DNA of 64,000 nt from Deltaproteobacteria bacterium (GTDB lineage: Bacteria; Myxococcota; Kuafuiibacteriia; Kuafuiibacteriales; Kuafuiibacteriaceae), in contig JAVJQW010000061.1 in the NCBI GenBank assembly GCA_040218735.1, forward strand, positions 160,001 through 224,000, read 5' to 3'. Of the stretch, positions 10,201 to 18,624 are shown piece after piece. The stretch's first letter is position 1. Each line of letters begins with the position of its first letter. The notes below the pieces were generated by a model that saw only the letters and a program-made list of their open reading frames with translations, searched no databases and was not told the origin of the DNA. A program made the position numbers and the translations under genes.

Positions 10201-11311
10201 GCTCGTGTACGACGTCGACGAAGGTGAGCTCCTCGTCTACGGCGGCATGGACCTATCCGGCACCGCCTCCCGCGAGCTGCATCGCATCCGCGGCAACTAC
10301 TGGTACGAAGCGGAGCCCGAAATCGTCGCGCGCTACACCTACCCCGACGGCGTCGCGATGGTGTCCGAGACGAACCCGCCGCGCCTGTCGCTGCTCTCGG
10401 TGTCTCGGCTGTACGGCCACCCGGGGCGACGCTTCGACCGATGGACGTTCGGCGCGCGGTCCTTCGTACTCTCGCGCCCCGGACCGGACGACGCGATCGA
10501 GGACGCCCCCGTCGCCGCCTACCACCAAGGCCGCGAGACGATCGTGGTCTTCGTCGAGGGACGCACGTTCACGTCGACGACCGGCGGCTGGATCGAACAC
10601 GTCGGCCCCGGCCCCGCGGACCGCACCGACCACGCGCTCGCGTACGACCCCGCGACGGACAGCGTGCTGCTCTTCGGCGGAAGGGATCGCCTCGGCGTCT
10701 CGCTCGACGACACGTGGACGTGGGACGGCGCGTGGACCCAACACCCGTCGGGGCCCTCCGCGCGCTACGACCACGCGATGGCGAGTGACCCGCGCCGCGA
10801 TCGCGTCGTCCTGTTCGGCGGGCGCTCCACCGCGACCGCGATCCTCGACGACACCTGGATCTGGGACGGCAACACGTGGACGGCCGCCGCGTCGACCGGC
10901 CCGACCGCACGTTACGACAGCGCCATCACCTTCGACCCCGACGCCGGCGAAGTCCTGCTGGCGAGCGGCGTGAGCGCGACCGGCGCCGACCTCACCGACG
11001 CCTGGCGCTTCGGCGCGACGTGGCGCCACGTCGGCGTCCCCGTCCGCGGCACGACGCGCGCGCTCGGCTACGACCCCGTCGCGAAGACCATCGTCGCGTA
11101 CGACGAGTACGGCGCGAACGTCTGGGGCCGCGGCGCGATCTCGGCGGCCGGGGTGTTGCTGAACGTGGAGGTGGCCCGCGCGACGGAGCGCCGCGCGCTG
11201 GACGACGTGGACGTCGAGGCGCTGCACTTCGAAGCCGGCGCGGGGGGCGTCGGCGTCGACGGACGCGAAGGCGTCGAGCTGTGGCTCCACGATCTGCACG
11301 CCCGCGAGTAA
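7295..11311 (+). CDS. Large Cys-rich lipoprotein with Ig-like and Kelch/galactose-oxidase-like propeller repeats; ends at a probable premature TAA
   Basis: ATG 7295 overlaps caspase stop; MKRILFVAALLVRC lipobox-like; repeated AYDP..R..LFGG....DTW.WDG..W. Confidence 0.8.
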   Translation: MKRILFVAALLVRCSDYTSLVCEPCEGGCSEGLTCEAGRCIAPGASCGLECTRFEPCEGATEICSAGACVGTCTTSAQCNGSGPCLDGRCVAACGPTYPCGVEIGAERIADVEVEIELSTFGGVFADVSNDPTFAEAATRRIAIQRNDDTAPLATQTEPWSLAPCAANACPRAVYVRFLDGNGDAIETAEDHVVVDARDPDLAEPPTFELKPPRGAPVETVDRATRDSRLRLSLAFDEPIETLQIGWDGASDAAWQIVRDAPERFTATATITDTPTEGAHILFANATDRVGRATSFDVATVDFDRTPPATPSDLLEHRRVDAVAPRRITAEAGTLEPGVLVRVVDGDGTELGRGVADAAGALDAIEVESEEDVLRAELVDGAGLASERARVHNIRATLRLASDRHTLSYSYGVPIPDDGEIPFEIFNEDDSVENYRGGPWVREASYAYDRLRPLVGATMTFDRRFSQLAQYGGWRYENTTLEPNLRLYTSNTTASPTQLPADASNATLVSVPAVGGLLAVGHGCWVYDTDDWTPLSSSHTCNADTAAYDPSRDETIGASWDELERLDVDLAYFRPVSRFVDVDAGDALVYDEARDRVVVLRRSGYTAVFHRTTGAWGPVDWFPGCPCGLREFGLDRPTVAYDEARGQVVAAGNSDGHVELYTLGEWSWTPIPVTGDRPIDRVGAALAYDPLSRRLILTGGSHDRTSLAPRTDAWAFDGTRWSPLTVVVEQPASGSSSIAYDVARGRAVALVTNIPVDALGPRQETWIWDSRRWIDTGATLPNSGHDGRVIYHAGLERVVAIQFGQVWTWEGDAWQPLAGAGTPPPNVQLAALAYDPNTDAILAFGPNRTDELWMLGANGWQQIPPTTPWPSPRMRSAFVHDPVSNRMILFGGTDVVGPLRDVWSWDGVAFTQLSAAAISGLPEVNPEAIAYDAASAQVVLLDRGTLYDLDRTNGTWTYRSSDRHREHASLVYDVDEGELLVYGGMDLSGTASRELHRIRGNYWYEAEPEIVARYTYPDGVAMVSETNPPRLSLLSVSRLYGHPGRRFDRWTFGARSFVLSRPGPDDAIEDAPVAAYHQGRETIVVFVEGRTFTSTTGGWIEHVGPGPADRTDHALAYDPATDSVLLFGGRDRLGVSLDDTWTWDGAWTQHPSGPSARYDHAMASDPRRDRVVLFGGRSTATAILDDTWIWDGNTWTAAASTGPTARYDSAITFDPDAGEVLLASGVSATGADLTDAWRFGATWRHVGVPVRGTTRALGYDPVAKTIVAYDEYGANVWGRGAISAAGVLLNVEVARATERRALDDVDVEALHFEAGAGGVGVDGREGVELWLHDLHARE

Positions 11312-11524
11312 GTGCGCGTCGCGGCGAACACCGCGGACGAGGACGCGCTCGACCACGTCACCGCGACGGTGCCCGGCGAAGACCTCTCGCGCTTCGTCGA
11401 CCGGCGCGGTCGATCGCTGGTCTGGGTCCGCACTTCGAGCGCGACGGGCGACGCGACCGAGATCCCGTCGCTCACCGTGGACTTCGTCCGCGCGCGCCTC
11501 GACTACCGGATCGAAGAGGAGTGA
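11312..11524 (+). pseudogene. In-frame continuation (C-terminal fragment) of the Kelch-like lipoprotein after TAA
   Basis: Same frame, begins directly after TAA 11309-11311, no RBS; ends LTVDFVRARLDYR like a beta-sandwich terminal strand. Confidence 0.6.
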
Positions 11525-11589
11525 GGGCGCCGTGGACCTTGACGCTCCCCGGGTCGCAGTGGGAAGCGGCCCCACGCCGTCGGTTCGGG

Positions 11590-12177
11590 ATGTCGTCGAA
11601 GTACCGCGAAGACGAAGCGCTCGTGGCGCGAGTGCTGGCGCGCGAAGACGGCGCGCACGACGCGCTCGTAGCGCGCCTGACGCCGGTGGTGCAGGAGCGC
11701 GCGAACGCCGCCGCGCGCCGGTTCGCGCTCACGGACGATCGTCGCGACGACCTCGTGCAGGAGCTGTGGGTGATGCTCGGGGAGCACGACTACCGCGTGC
11801 TGCGCTCGTACGCGGGGCGGAGCCTCCTCACGACCTTCACCTACGCGATCGCGACCCGCTTCTTCTTCCGCCGCGCGCGCAAGCTCCGCGACACCCGAAT
11901 ACCGACCGCCGAGGTACCCACGTCGCTCGAGGACCCAGCGCCTTCACCGCTGAACGAAGCGGCGCGACGTTCGGAGGCAGCGCGGGTGCGCGAGGTCGTG
12001 GAGGCGCTCGGCGACGACGACCGCTTCCTGCTCCACATGTTCTACGAGCAGGACGCGACGGCGGAGCTCATCGGTCGCTCGCTCGGCATCAGCGCCGCGG
12101 GGGTGCGCATGAAGAAGCGCCGGCTGCTGGCGAAGCTCGGCAAGAAACTCGCCGCGCTGCGGAGCGGACATGAGTGA
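11590..12177 (+). CDS. ECF sigma-70 factor
   Basis: DEALVARVL, DDLVQELWVML..DYRVLRSY, region 4 LIGRSLGISAAGVRMKKRR. Confidence 0.85.
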   Translation: MSSKYREDEALVARVLAREDGAHDALVARLTPVVQERANAAARRFALTDDRRDDLVQELWVMLGEHDYRVLRSYAGRSLLTTFTYAIATRFFFRRARKLRDTRIPTAEVPTSLEDPAPSPLNEAARRSEAARVREVVEALGDDDRFLLHMFYEQDATAELIGRSLGISAAGVRMKKRRLLAKLGKKLAALRSGHE

Positions 12178-12886
12178 CTTCGAACGCCGCGCCGACGACT
12201 GGCTGCGCGAGCACCACGAGGACCTCGTGGAAGACGCCGGAGGCCAACACCTCGACGACGCACGTCTCGCCTCGATCGCCGACGCCGGCGAAGCGCTGAC
12301 CGCGGCGGAGCTCCACCACCTCGCGCGCTGTGCGGAGTGTCGCGAAGTGCACGCGGCCCTGTCGCAAACGAACGTGGTCCCGCTCCGGCGACGGCGTCTG
12401 TGGCTCGGCGTCGCGGGGCTCGCGGCGGCGGCGGCGATCCTGATCGTGATGCGGCCGGCGGAGGACGCCGGTTACCGCGCGAAGGGCGAAGCGCAGGAGC
12501 TGGGCGTGGCGAGCGTCGCGCTGATCGCGACTTCGACCTCCGGCGCCCGACGCGACCTGCGCGAAGGCGACACGATCCGACGCGGCGAGCGCCTCGGATT
12601 TCGCTACGGCAACCCCGGCGACCACCGCACGTTGACGGTGCTCGGCTGGGACGGAGACCAGGTGCACTGGTTCTACCCAGAGCGAGCGTCCGGAGCACCG
12701 GCCGAGCTCGAGTCGGGCGCGCTCAACCGCCGCCTCCCGTTCGACGTCGTGATCGACGAGGAGCTCGGCGCCGAGCTGGAGGTCGTGGCGGCGTTCGACG
12801 CCGACCCGGACACGTTGGCCGAGCAGCTTCGGAGCGGCGCGCGCCCCGAGGGGGTCACGGTGTTCCGGGTACAAGTTCAGCCGTGA
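12170..12886 (+). CDS. Anti-sigma factor-like protein (zf-HC2 motif, TM helix, DUF4384/ActD-like periplasmic domain)
   Basis: HLARCAECREVH, TM LWLGVAGLAAAAAILIV, YRAKG, GERLGFRY; overlaps sigma stop. Confidence 0.75.
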   Translation: MSDFERRADDWLREHHEDLVEDAGGQHLDDARLASIADAGEALTAAELHHLARCAECREVHAALSQTNVVPLRRRRLWLGVAGLAAAAAILIVMRPAEDAGYRAKGEAQELGVASVALIATSTSGARRDLREGDTIRRGERLGFRYGNPGDHRTLTVLGWDGDQVHWFYPERASGAPAELESGALNRRLPFDVVIDEELGAELEVVAAFDADPDTLAEQLRSGARPEGVTVFRVQVQP

Positions 12887-13718
12887 GCGATCGCCGCAAC
12901 ACGATCGCCCCGTTCGCCTGCACCGCGAACACCTCGTACCCCGCGCGCATCAGCATCATCAGCATCCCGCGGAAGCGGTTGTACGTCTTCACCTCGATCG
13001 TCTCGAAGCCCTCCGCCGCGCACCACGCGTGCTGCGATTCCAACAGCCGCAGCGCCACGCCGCGCCGTCGGAACGCGGGGCGCACGCCGCCGATCCACGA
13101 GTAGAAACGTTCGGGCGTGTCGGCGTAGCCGACCTTGAAACCCGCGTCCTCGCCGTCGATCACCGCGACCTGCATCAACGCCCTCCGCAACCCCACGCGC
13201 GACGCGATCGTCTCGGCCGTCGTCGCCGACAGCTCTGGGACTTCGGCGCACATCGCCGCGATCCGCTCCGGCGTCGCGTCCTCGATCGAACACGACGCGG
13301 GCGGCCGCGTCGCGTGGATGTGAACCGCGAGCCAAATCGCGTCGCCGGAGCACTTCGTGACGCGGTGCCGGCGACGCGCGGGGATGTAGACGGCGTCGCC
13401 GCTGCGGAGCGCGATCGAATCCGCGCTGAGCACCGGGCGCGCAACACTCGCCCCGTCGCCATCGGCGTGACGCGCCGAACCCGGATCGGCATCGCCGCGC
13501 GACGACACGCGCTCCGGGTTCGCGTCCTGCGACGCATCCTCCATCTGGAGCGTCGCCTCGCCGCGCAAGAGCACGACCCACTCGTCCTGCGGCTGCGTGT
13601 ACACCTCGCCGTCCTCGTACGCGGCGCTGACGATCCGCTCGATGACGACGTTGCGGCGGGACAGCAGCGTTTCGAAGCGCTCGCCCGCGCGCACAGGATC
13701 CGCGTCGAAGAGGTTCAC
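12855..13718 (-). CDS. Cupin domain + GNAT acetyltransferase fusion
   Basis: GTG start NLF; IERIVS..Y.Q.QDEWVVLLRGEA and IPARRRHRV..WLAVH (cupin); GFKVGY..FYSWIGGV.P.FRRRGVA..KTYNRF (GNAT). Confidence 0.75.
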   Translation of the reverse strand: MNLFDADPVRAGERFETLLSRRNVVIERIVSAAYEDGEVYTQPQDEWVVLLRGEATLQMEDASQDANPERVSSRGDADPGSARHADGDGASVARPVLSADSIALRSGDAVYIPARRRHRVTKCSGDAIWLAVHIHATRPPASCSIEDATPERIAAMCAEVPELSATTAETIASRVGLRRALMQVAVIDGEDAGFKVGYADTPERFYSWIGGVRPAFRRRGVALRLLESQHAWCAAEGFETIEVKTYNRFRGMLMMLMRAGYEVFAVQANGAIVLRRSLTAELVPGTP

Positions 13719-13815
13719 GCCCTGCTCGGTACCACAGGCGGGCGCGTCGTTCGGACCCTCAAACGGGCGCCGGCTGTTGACTCGCCGCCGTGTCGGTTGG
13801 AACAAGGCCATCGAG

Positions 13816-14898
13816 ATGGCAAAGATCCGCGACACGCAGACCTACCACGACGGCCACCAGGACGGTCTGAAGCCCGTCCGCGCCATCGACATCAACGAGA
13901 TCAACAGCTTCTCCGAGATGCTGCGCGCCTATCAGAACGCGTCGTTCGGCGCGCGCCGCGTCGGGGACGCGCTCGACGTCATGGAGGCAATGGCCAACGA
14001 CCCGGACTGCTTCGTCGTCTGCACGCTCGCCGGCGCGATGACCGTCGCCAAGATGGGCCTCGTGCTCTGCGAGATGATCGAGCGCGGCTACATCGACATG
14101 ATCATCTCCACCGGCGCGCTCCAAGCCCACGGCATGATCGAGGGCAGCGGGATGGACCACTTCAAGTACGAGTCCGGGATGAACGACGTCGAGCTCTTCA
14201 ACAAGGGCTACGACCGCGTCTACGACACCCTCGAGCTCGAACGGAACCTCGACGAGCTGGAGCTCCTCGTCCGCAGCATCCTCGACAAGGTCGAAGGCGG
14301 CGTCCCGCTCGGCAGCAAGGACATCTGCAAGATCCTCGGCCGCGAGCTCTCCGAGCGCTTCGAGAACCAGCGCGGCATCCTGAAGAGCGCCTACGAAAAC
14401 GACGTCCCGGTGATCATCCCGGCGTTCACCGACTCCGAGCTCGGCCTCGACGTCATGGTCCACAACCTCGCCCGCAAACGGAAAGGCCGCGAGCCGCTCG
14501 CGTTCGATCCCTTCCAGGACCTCGGCTTCTACGCGGACGCCGTGAAGGACCGCGACCACCTCGGCATCTTCACCATCGGCGGCGGCGTCCCCCGCAACTG
14601 GGCCCAGCAGATCGGCCCGTACCTGGAGATCATGCACCACCGCCTCGGCGACGAGGGCGGCCACACCCAGCGCTTCCGCTACGGCGTCCGGATCTGCCCC
14701 GAGCCGGAGAACTGGGGCGGCCTCTCGGGCTGCAGCTACAGCGAGGGCATGAGCTGGGGGAAGTTCGTCCCCGTGGCCGAGGGCGGCCGCTACGCCGAGG
14801 TGCCCGTGGACGCCACCGTGGTCTGGCCCATCCTGATCAAGGCGCTGACCGAGGTCGTGCCGAAGAAGACCAAGAACTTCGCCCCGGCAAAACCATGA
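13816..14898 (+). CDS. Deoxyhypusine synthase family protein (homospermidine synthase-like)
   Basis: TLAGAMTVA, ISTGA, PAFTDSELG, IGGGVPRNWAQQ, WGGLSGCSYSEGMSWGK. Confidence 0.88.
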   Translation: MAKIRDTQTYHDGHQDGLKPVRAIDINEINSFSEMLRAYQNASFGARRVGDALDVMEAMANDPDCFVVCTLAGAMTVAKMGLVLCEMIERGYIDMIISTGALQAHGMIEGSGMDHFKYESGMNDVELFNKGYDRVYDTLELERNLDELELLVRSILDKVEGGVPLGSKDICKILGRELSERFENQRGILKSAYENDVPVIIPAFTDSELGLDVMVHNLARKRKGREPLAFDPFQDLGFYADAVKDRDHLGIFTIGGGVPRNWAQQIGPYLEIMHHRLGDEGGHTQRFRYGVRICPEPENWGGLSGCSYSEGMSWGKFVPVAEGGRYAEVPVDATVVWPILIKALTEVVPKKTKNFAPAKP

Positions 14899-14984
14899 CA
14901 TGACGCGTCACAGACACGTGACGTAGCCCCCGCCGTTCTCGGCTTGCGTGGTGCGTGCCTTCTCCTCCACCTTGCGCGCCAAAC

Positions 14985-17900
14985 ATGAAGACGAGCAACG
15001 CGCTTCTCCTCACTTCGATCTCGCTCGCACTCGCACTCTCCGCCTGCTCCGGCGACGACGACGGTAACGGCGACGACATGGGCACCCGCGACGGCGGGCC
15101 CGGCAGCACCCGCGACGGCGGACCTCGGGACGGCGGCGACATCGTCGTCGGCTGCAACAACCCCGCGCTCACTCCGCCCGCCAACGGCACCTGCGCGCAC
15201 ACCCCCGGCACGAACGGCGCGCTCCTCATCCGCGGCGACGTCATCGGCGCGGAGGGCTTCCTCGAGAACGGCCACGTCCTCGTCGGCGCGAACGGCACCG
15301 TGAAGTGCGCCGCGTGTGACTGCTCCGGCGACGCCGAGTTCGCCAACGCCGCGGTGCTCGAGTGCGCCGACGGCGTCATCAGCCCGGCGCTCGTGAACGC
15401 ACACGACCACATCACGTTCACCGAGACACCGCCTACGCCCCCGACCAACCCCGAGGAGCGCTACGACCACCGCCACCAGTGGCGGCGCGGTCAGGACAAC
15501 AAGGAAGAGATCCCGTCCGTCGGTAACCGCGGCGGCAACGACGGCGTCCTGTGGGGCGAGCTGCGGCACCTCTTCGGCGGCGCGACCTCCATCAACGGCA
15601 GCGGCGGCGCCAACGGCCTCATCCGCAACCTCGACAGGAACGGCGCCCAGCAGGAGGGCCTCAACCAGCAGTCCGTCGAATACCAGACCTTCCCGCTCGC
15701 CGACTCGAGCGGCACGCGGCGCGACACGGGCTGCGACTACTCGAGCCTCGACACGCCGGCCGACTACGCGGAGAACATCGCCTACGCACCGCACATCGCG
15801 GAGGGCATCGACGTCACCGCCCGCAACGAGTTCCTCTGCCTCTCGGGCATCGACTCGACCGGCTCCGACGTCCTCGACAGCAAGACCGCCGTCATCCACG
15901 GCATCGGCCTGATCGCCACCGACTACGCCGCGATGGCCGCGGAGGGCTCCTCGCTGATCTGGTCGCCGCGCTCAAACATCTCGCTGTACGGCCACACCGC
16001 CCAGGTCGTCCTCGCGAAGCGCTCCGGCGTGAACATCGCGCTCGGCACCGACTGGACGCAGACCGGCTCGATCAACCTCCTCCGCGAGCTTCGCTGCGCG
16101 GAGCAGTTCAACCGCGAGAACCTCGGCAGCGCGTTCAACGAGCGCGAGCTCGTCGCGATGGTCACGAGCAACGCCGCCGCCTCGATGGGTAGCGCCATGC
16201 GCCTCGGCACCCTCGCCGCCGGCCGCGAAGCCGACATCACGATCTTCAACGGCGCGACGAACGGCGGCTACCGCGCGATCCTCGACGCGGACCCGGAGGA
16301 CATCGTCCTCGTGCTGCGCAGCGGCTCGGTGCTGTACGGCGACGCCGAGATCGTCTCCGCCCTCCCCGGCGGCGCGACCGGCTGCGAGATGCTCGACGTC
16401 TGCGGCGTGAACAAACGCGCCTGCGTCGAGCGCGAGACCGGGAGCACGATCAACCAGATCCGCTCGTCGCTGCCCGACTACACGTACGACATCTTCTTCT
16501 GCAACGAGCCGCCGCAGGAGCCCACGTGCATCCCGTTCCGCACGGGTGAGTTCATGGGCATGGGCATGGAGGGCGACGCGGACGGCGACGGCGTCGTCGA
16601 CGCGATGGACAACTGCCCGAACGTCTTCAACGCGCCGCGCCCGCTCGACGGGATGATGCAGCCCGACGCCGACGACGACATGGTCGGCGACGCGTGCGAC
16701 GTCTGCCCGCTCAACGCGGACACCACGAACTGCACGCCGCCCGACCCGAACGACCTCGACGGTGACGGCACCCCGAACGCGACGGACAACTGCCCCGGCC
16801 AGCCCAACGCGGACCAGGCCGACCGCGACAACGACATGATCGGCGACGTCTGCGACGCGTGCCCCGACGAGCCGAACCTCGGCGGCGCCGCGTGCAGCGC
16901 TTCGGTCTACGACATCAAGCAGAGCAACATCGAGTCCGGCCGCGTGCGGCTCGTGAACATGTTCGTCACCGGCGTCTCCGACACCGGCGCGTACCTGCAG
17001 CGCCTCGAAGGCGACGACGGCTACGACGCGACGCTCCAGGAGAACTACTCGGGCATCTTCGTCTTCGCGGGCAGCACCATGCCGCCAGCGGTCGGCGACC
17101 GCGTCACGGTCGACGGCGACATCAACGACTTCTTCGGCCAGAAGCAGCTCGACAGCCCGACGTTCACGATCCTCTCGTCGGACAACCCGATGCCCGACCC
17201 GATCGCGATCACGCCCGCCGAGGGTGGGACCGGCGGCACGCGCGCCGAGGCGTTGGAGGCGGTGTTCGTCCGCGTCGGCACCGTGACGGTGACCGAGGTC
17301 GAGCCGGCGCCCGGCCCGGGTGACTCGGCGCCGACCTTCGAGTTCGTCGTCGACGGCGCGCTGCGCGTGAACGATCACTTCTACCGCGTCGAGCCGCTCC
17401 CGCAGGTCGGCGACCAGATCACGTTCATCCAGGGCATCCTCCGCCTCGGCAACGGCAACTCGAAGATCGAGCCGCGCAACGAGAACGACATCGGCCTCCC
17501 GCCGGGTCTGCGTGGCTTCGTCCCGGCCCTCACGTACGCGCGCGTCGGTGAGACGGGCGTCCCGGGCAGCGGTTTTGCGGTGGAGCTTTCGCGCCCCGCG
17601 ATCGCGCAGATCCAGGTCGGCCTCTCCGCCAGCGGCGGTATCACGGTGCCGAAGGCGGTCACGTTCGACGTCGGTGAGTCATCGGCGGACGTCGAGGTCA
17701 CCGCGACGTCGAGCGTCGGCTCGCCGTTCACGGTCACGGCCTCCTACGACGACGGCATGACGACGCAGACCGCGACCGGCACCGTGATCGTCTACGACGA
17801 CGCCGCGCCGCGCTCGATCGAGGACGCCACGCTCGACGCCACGGACATCCCGGTGAACGGCACCGCGATGGGTATGGTCACGATCGACCTCCCCGGTGCG

Positions 17901-18608
17901 GTCGGCGGAACGGCGCTCACCGTCACGGTGACACCCGCGGCGCTCGCGACGGTCCCCGCCGTGGTGGTGCCGCAGGATCAGCGCACGGTGACGTTCGTGC
18001 TGACGGCCGGCGCGATGACCGGGATGGGCAGCGTCACGATCGACACCGGCTCGGACTCGGAGACGATCCCGTTCGAGGTCCTGCAGTCGACGTCGCGTCC
18101 GCCGATGGCGGGTGACCTGATCATCACCGAGGTGCACCGCAACCCGTCGGGCAGCGACGAGTTCATGCGCGAGTGGTTCGAGGTCTACAACGCGTCGACG
18201 GACTCGATCCTGATCGACGGCATGCAGGTCGCGGACAACAACGGCATGGAGACGATCGCGGCGCCGGGCGTCGAGATCATGCCCGGCGAGCACGTGGTCA
18301 TCGCCCGTCTGAGCAACCCGGCGAACAACGGCGGTGTCACCGCGATCGCCGACTACGACGGCGCGGGCAACCTCCAGCTCGCGAACGGCGGCGACAACAT
18401 CACGCTGCGGTACATGGGCACCGAGCTCGACACCGTCGCGTGGTCGAGTGGCTGGCCGGGCGCCGGCCAGGGCGTCGCGATGTGCCTCAAGTTCCCGTAC
18501 ATGGACAACGCGGTGCAGGCGAACTGGGCCAACTCGGTCGGCGGCTTCGGCACCGGCGGCGACACCGGCCACCCGGGCGTCGCGAGCGACGCGACCAACT
18601 GCCCCTGA
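14985..18608 (+). CDS. Surface lipoprotein: amidohydrolase + thrombospondin type-3 repeats + OB-fold-like + Ig-like + lamin-tail domain
   Basis: Lipobox LSAC; NAHDH, PHIAEG, IHG, LGTDW; D.DGDG..D..DNCP repeats; GDRVTVDG..DFFG; GDLIITEV..EWFEVYN. Confidence 0.82.
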   Translation: MKTSNALLLTSISLALALSACSGDDDGNGDDMGTRDGGPGSTRDGGPRDGGDIVVGCNNPALTPPANGTCAHTPGTNGALLIRGDVIGAEGFLENGHVLVGANGTVKCAACDCSGDAEFANAAVLECADGVISPALVNAHDHITFTETPPTPPTNPEERYDHRHQWRRGQDNKEEIPSVGNRGGNDGVLWGELRHLFGGATSINGSGGANGLIRNLDRNGAQQEGLNQQSVEYQTFPLADSSGTRRDTGCDYSSLDTPADYAENIAYAPHIAEGIDVTARNEFLCLSGIDSTGSDVLDSKTAVIHGIGLIATDYAAMAAEGSSLIWSPRSNISLYGHTAQVVLAKRSGVNIALGTDWTQTGSINLLRELRCAEQFNRENLGSAFNERELVAMVTSNAAASMGSAMRLGTLAAGREADITIFNGATNGGYRAILDADPEDIVLVLRSGSVLYGDAEIVSALPGGATGCEMLDVCGVNKRACVERETGSTINQIRSSLPDYTYDIFFCNEPPQEPTCIPFRTGEFMGMGMEGDADGDGVVDAMDNCPNVFNAPRPLDGMMQPDADDDMVGDACDVCPLNADTTNCTPPDPNDLDGDGTPNATDNCPGQPNADQADRDNDMIGDVCDACPDEPNLGGAACSASVYDIKQSNIESGRVRLVNMFVTGVSDTGAYLQRLEGDDGYDATLQENYSGIFVFAGSTMPPAVGDRVTVDGDINDFFGQKQLDSPTFTILSSDNPMPDPIAITPAEGGTGGTRAEALEAVFVRVGTVTVTEVEPAPGPGDSAPTFEFVVDGALRVNDHFYRVEPLPQVGDQITFIQGILRLGNGNSKIEPRNENDIGLPPGLRGFVPALTYARVGETGVPGSGFAVELSRPAIAQIQVGLSASGGITVPKAVTFDVGESSADVEVTATSSVGSPFTVTASYDDGMTTQTATGTVIVYDDAAPRSIEDATLDATDIPVNGTAMGMVTIDLPGAVGGTALTVTVTPAALATVPAVVVPQDQRTVTFVLTAGAMTGMGSVTIDTGSDSETIPFEVLQSTSRPPMAGDLIITEVHRNPSGSDEFMREWFEVYNASTDSILIDGMQVADNNGMETIAAPGVEIMPGEHVVIARLSNPANNGGVTAIADYDGAGNLQLANGGDNITLRYMGTELDTVAWSSGWPGAGQGVAMCLKFPYMDNAVQANWANSVGGFGTGGDTGHPGVASDATNCP

Positions 18609-18624
18609 GCCTATCGCGGCCGCT

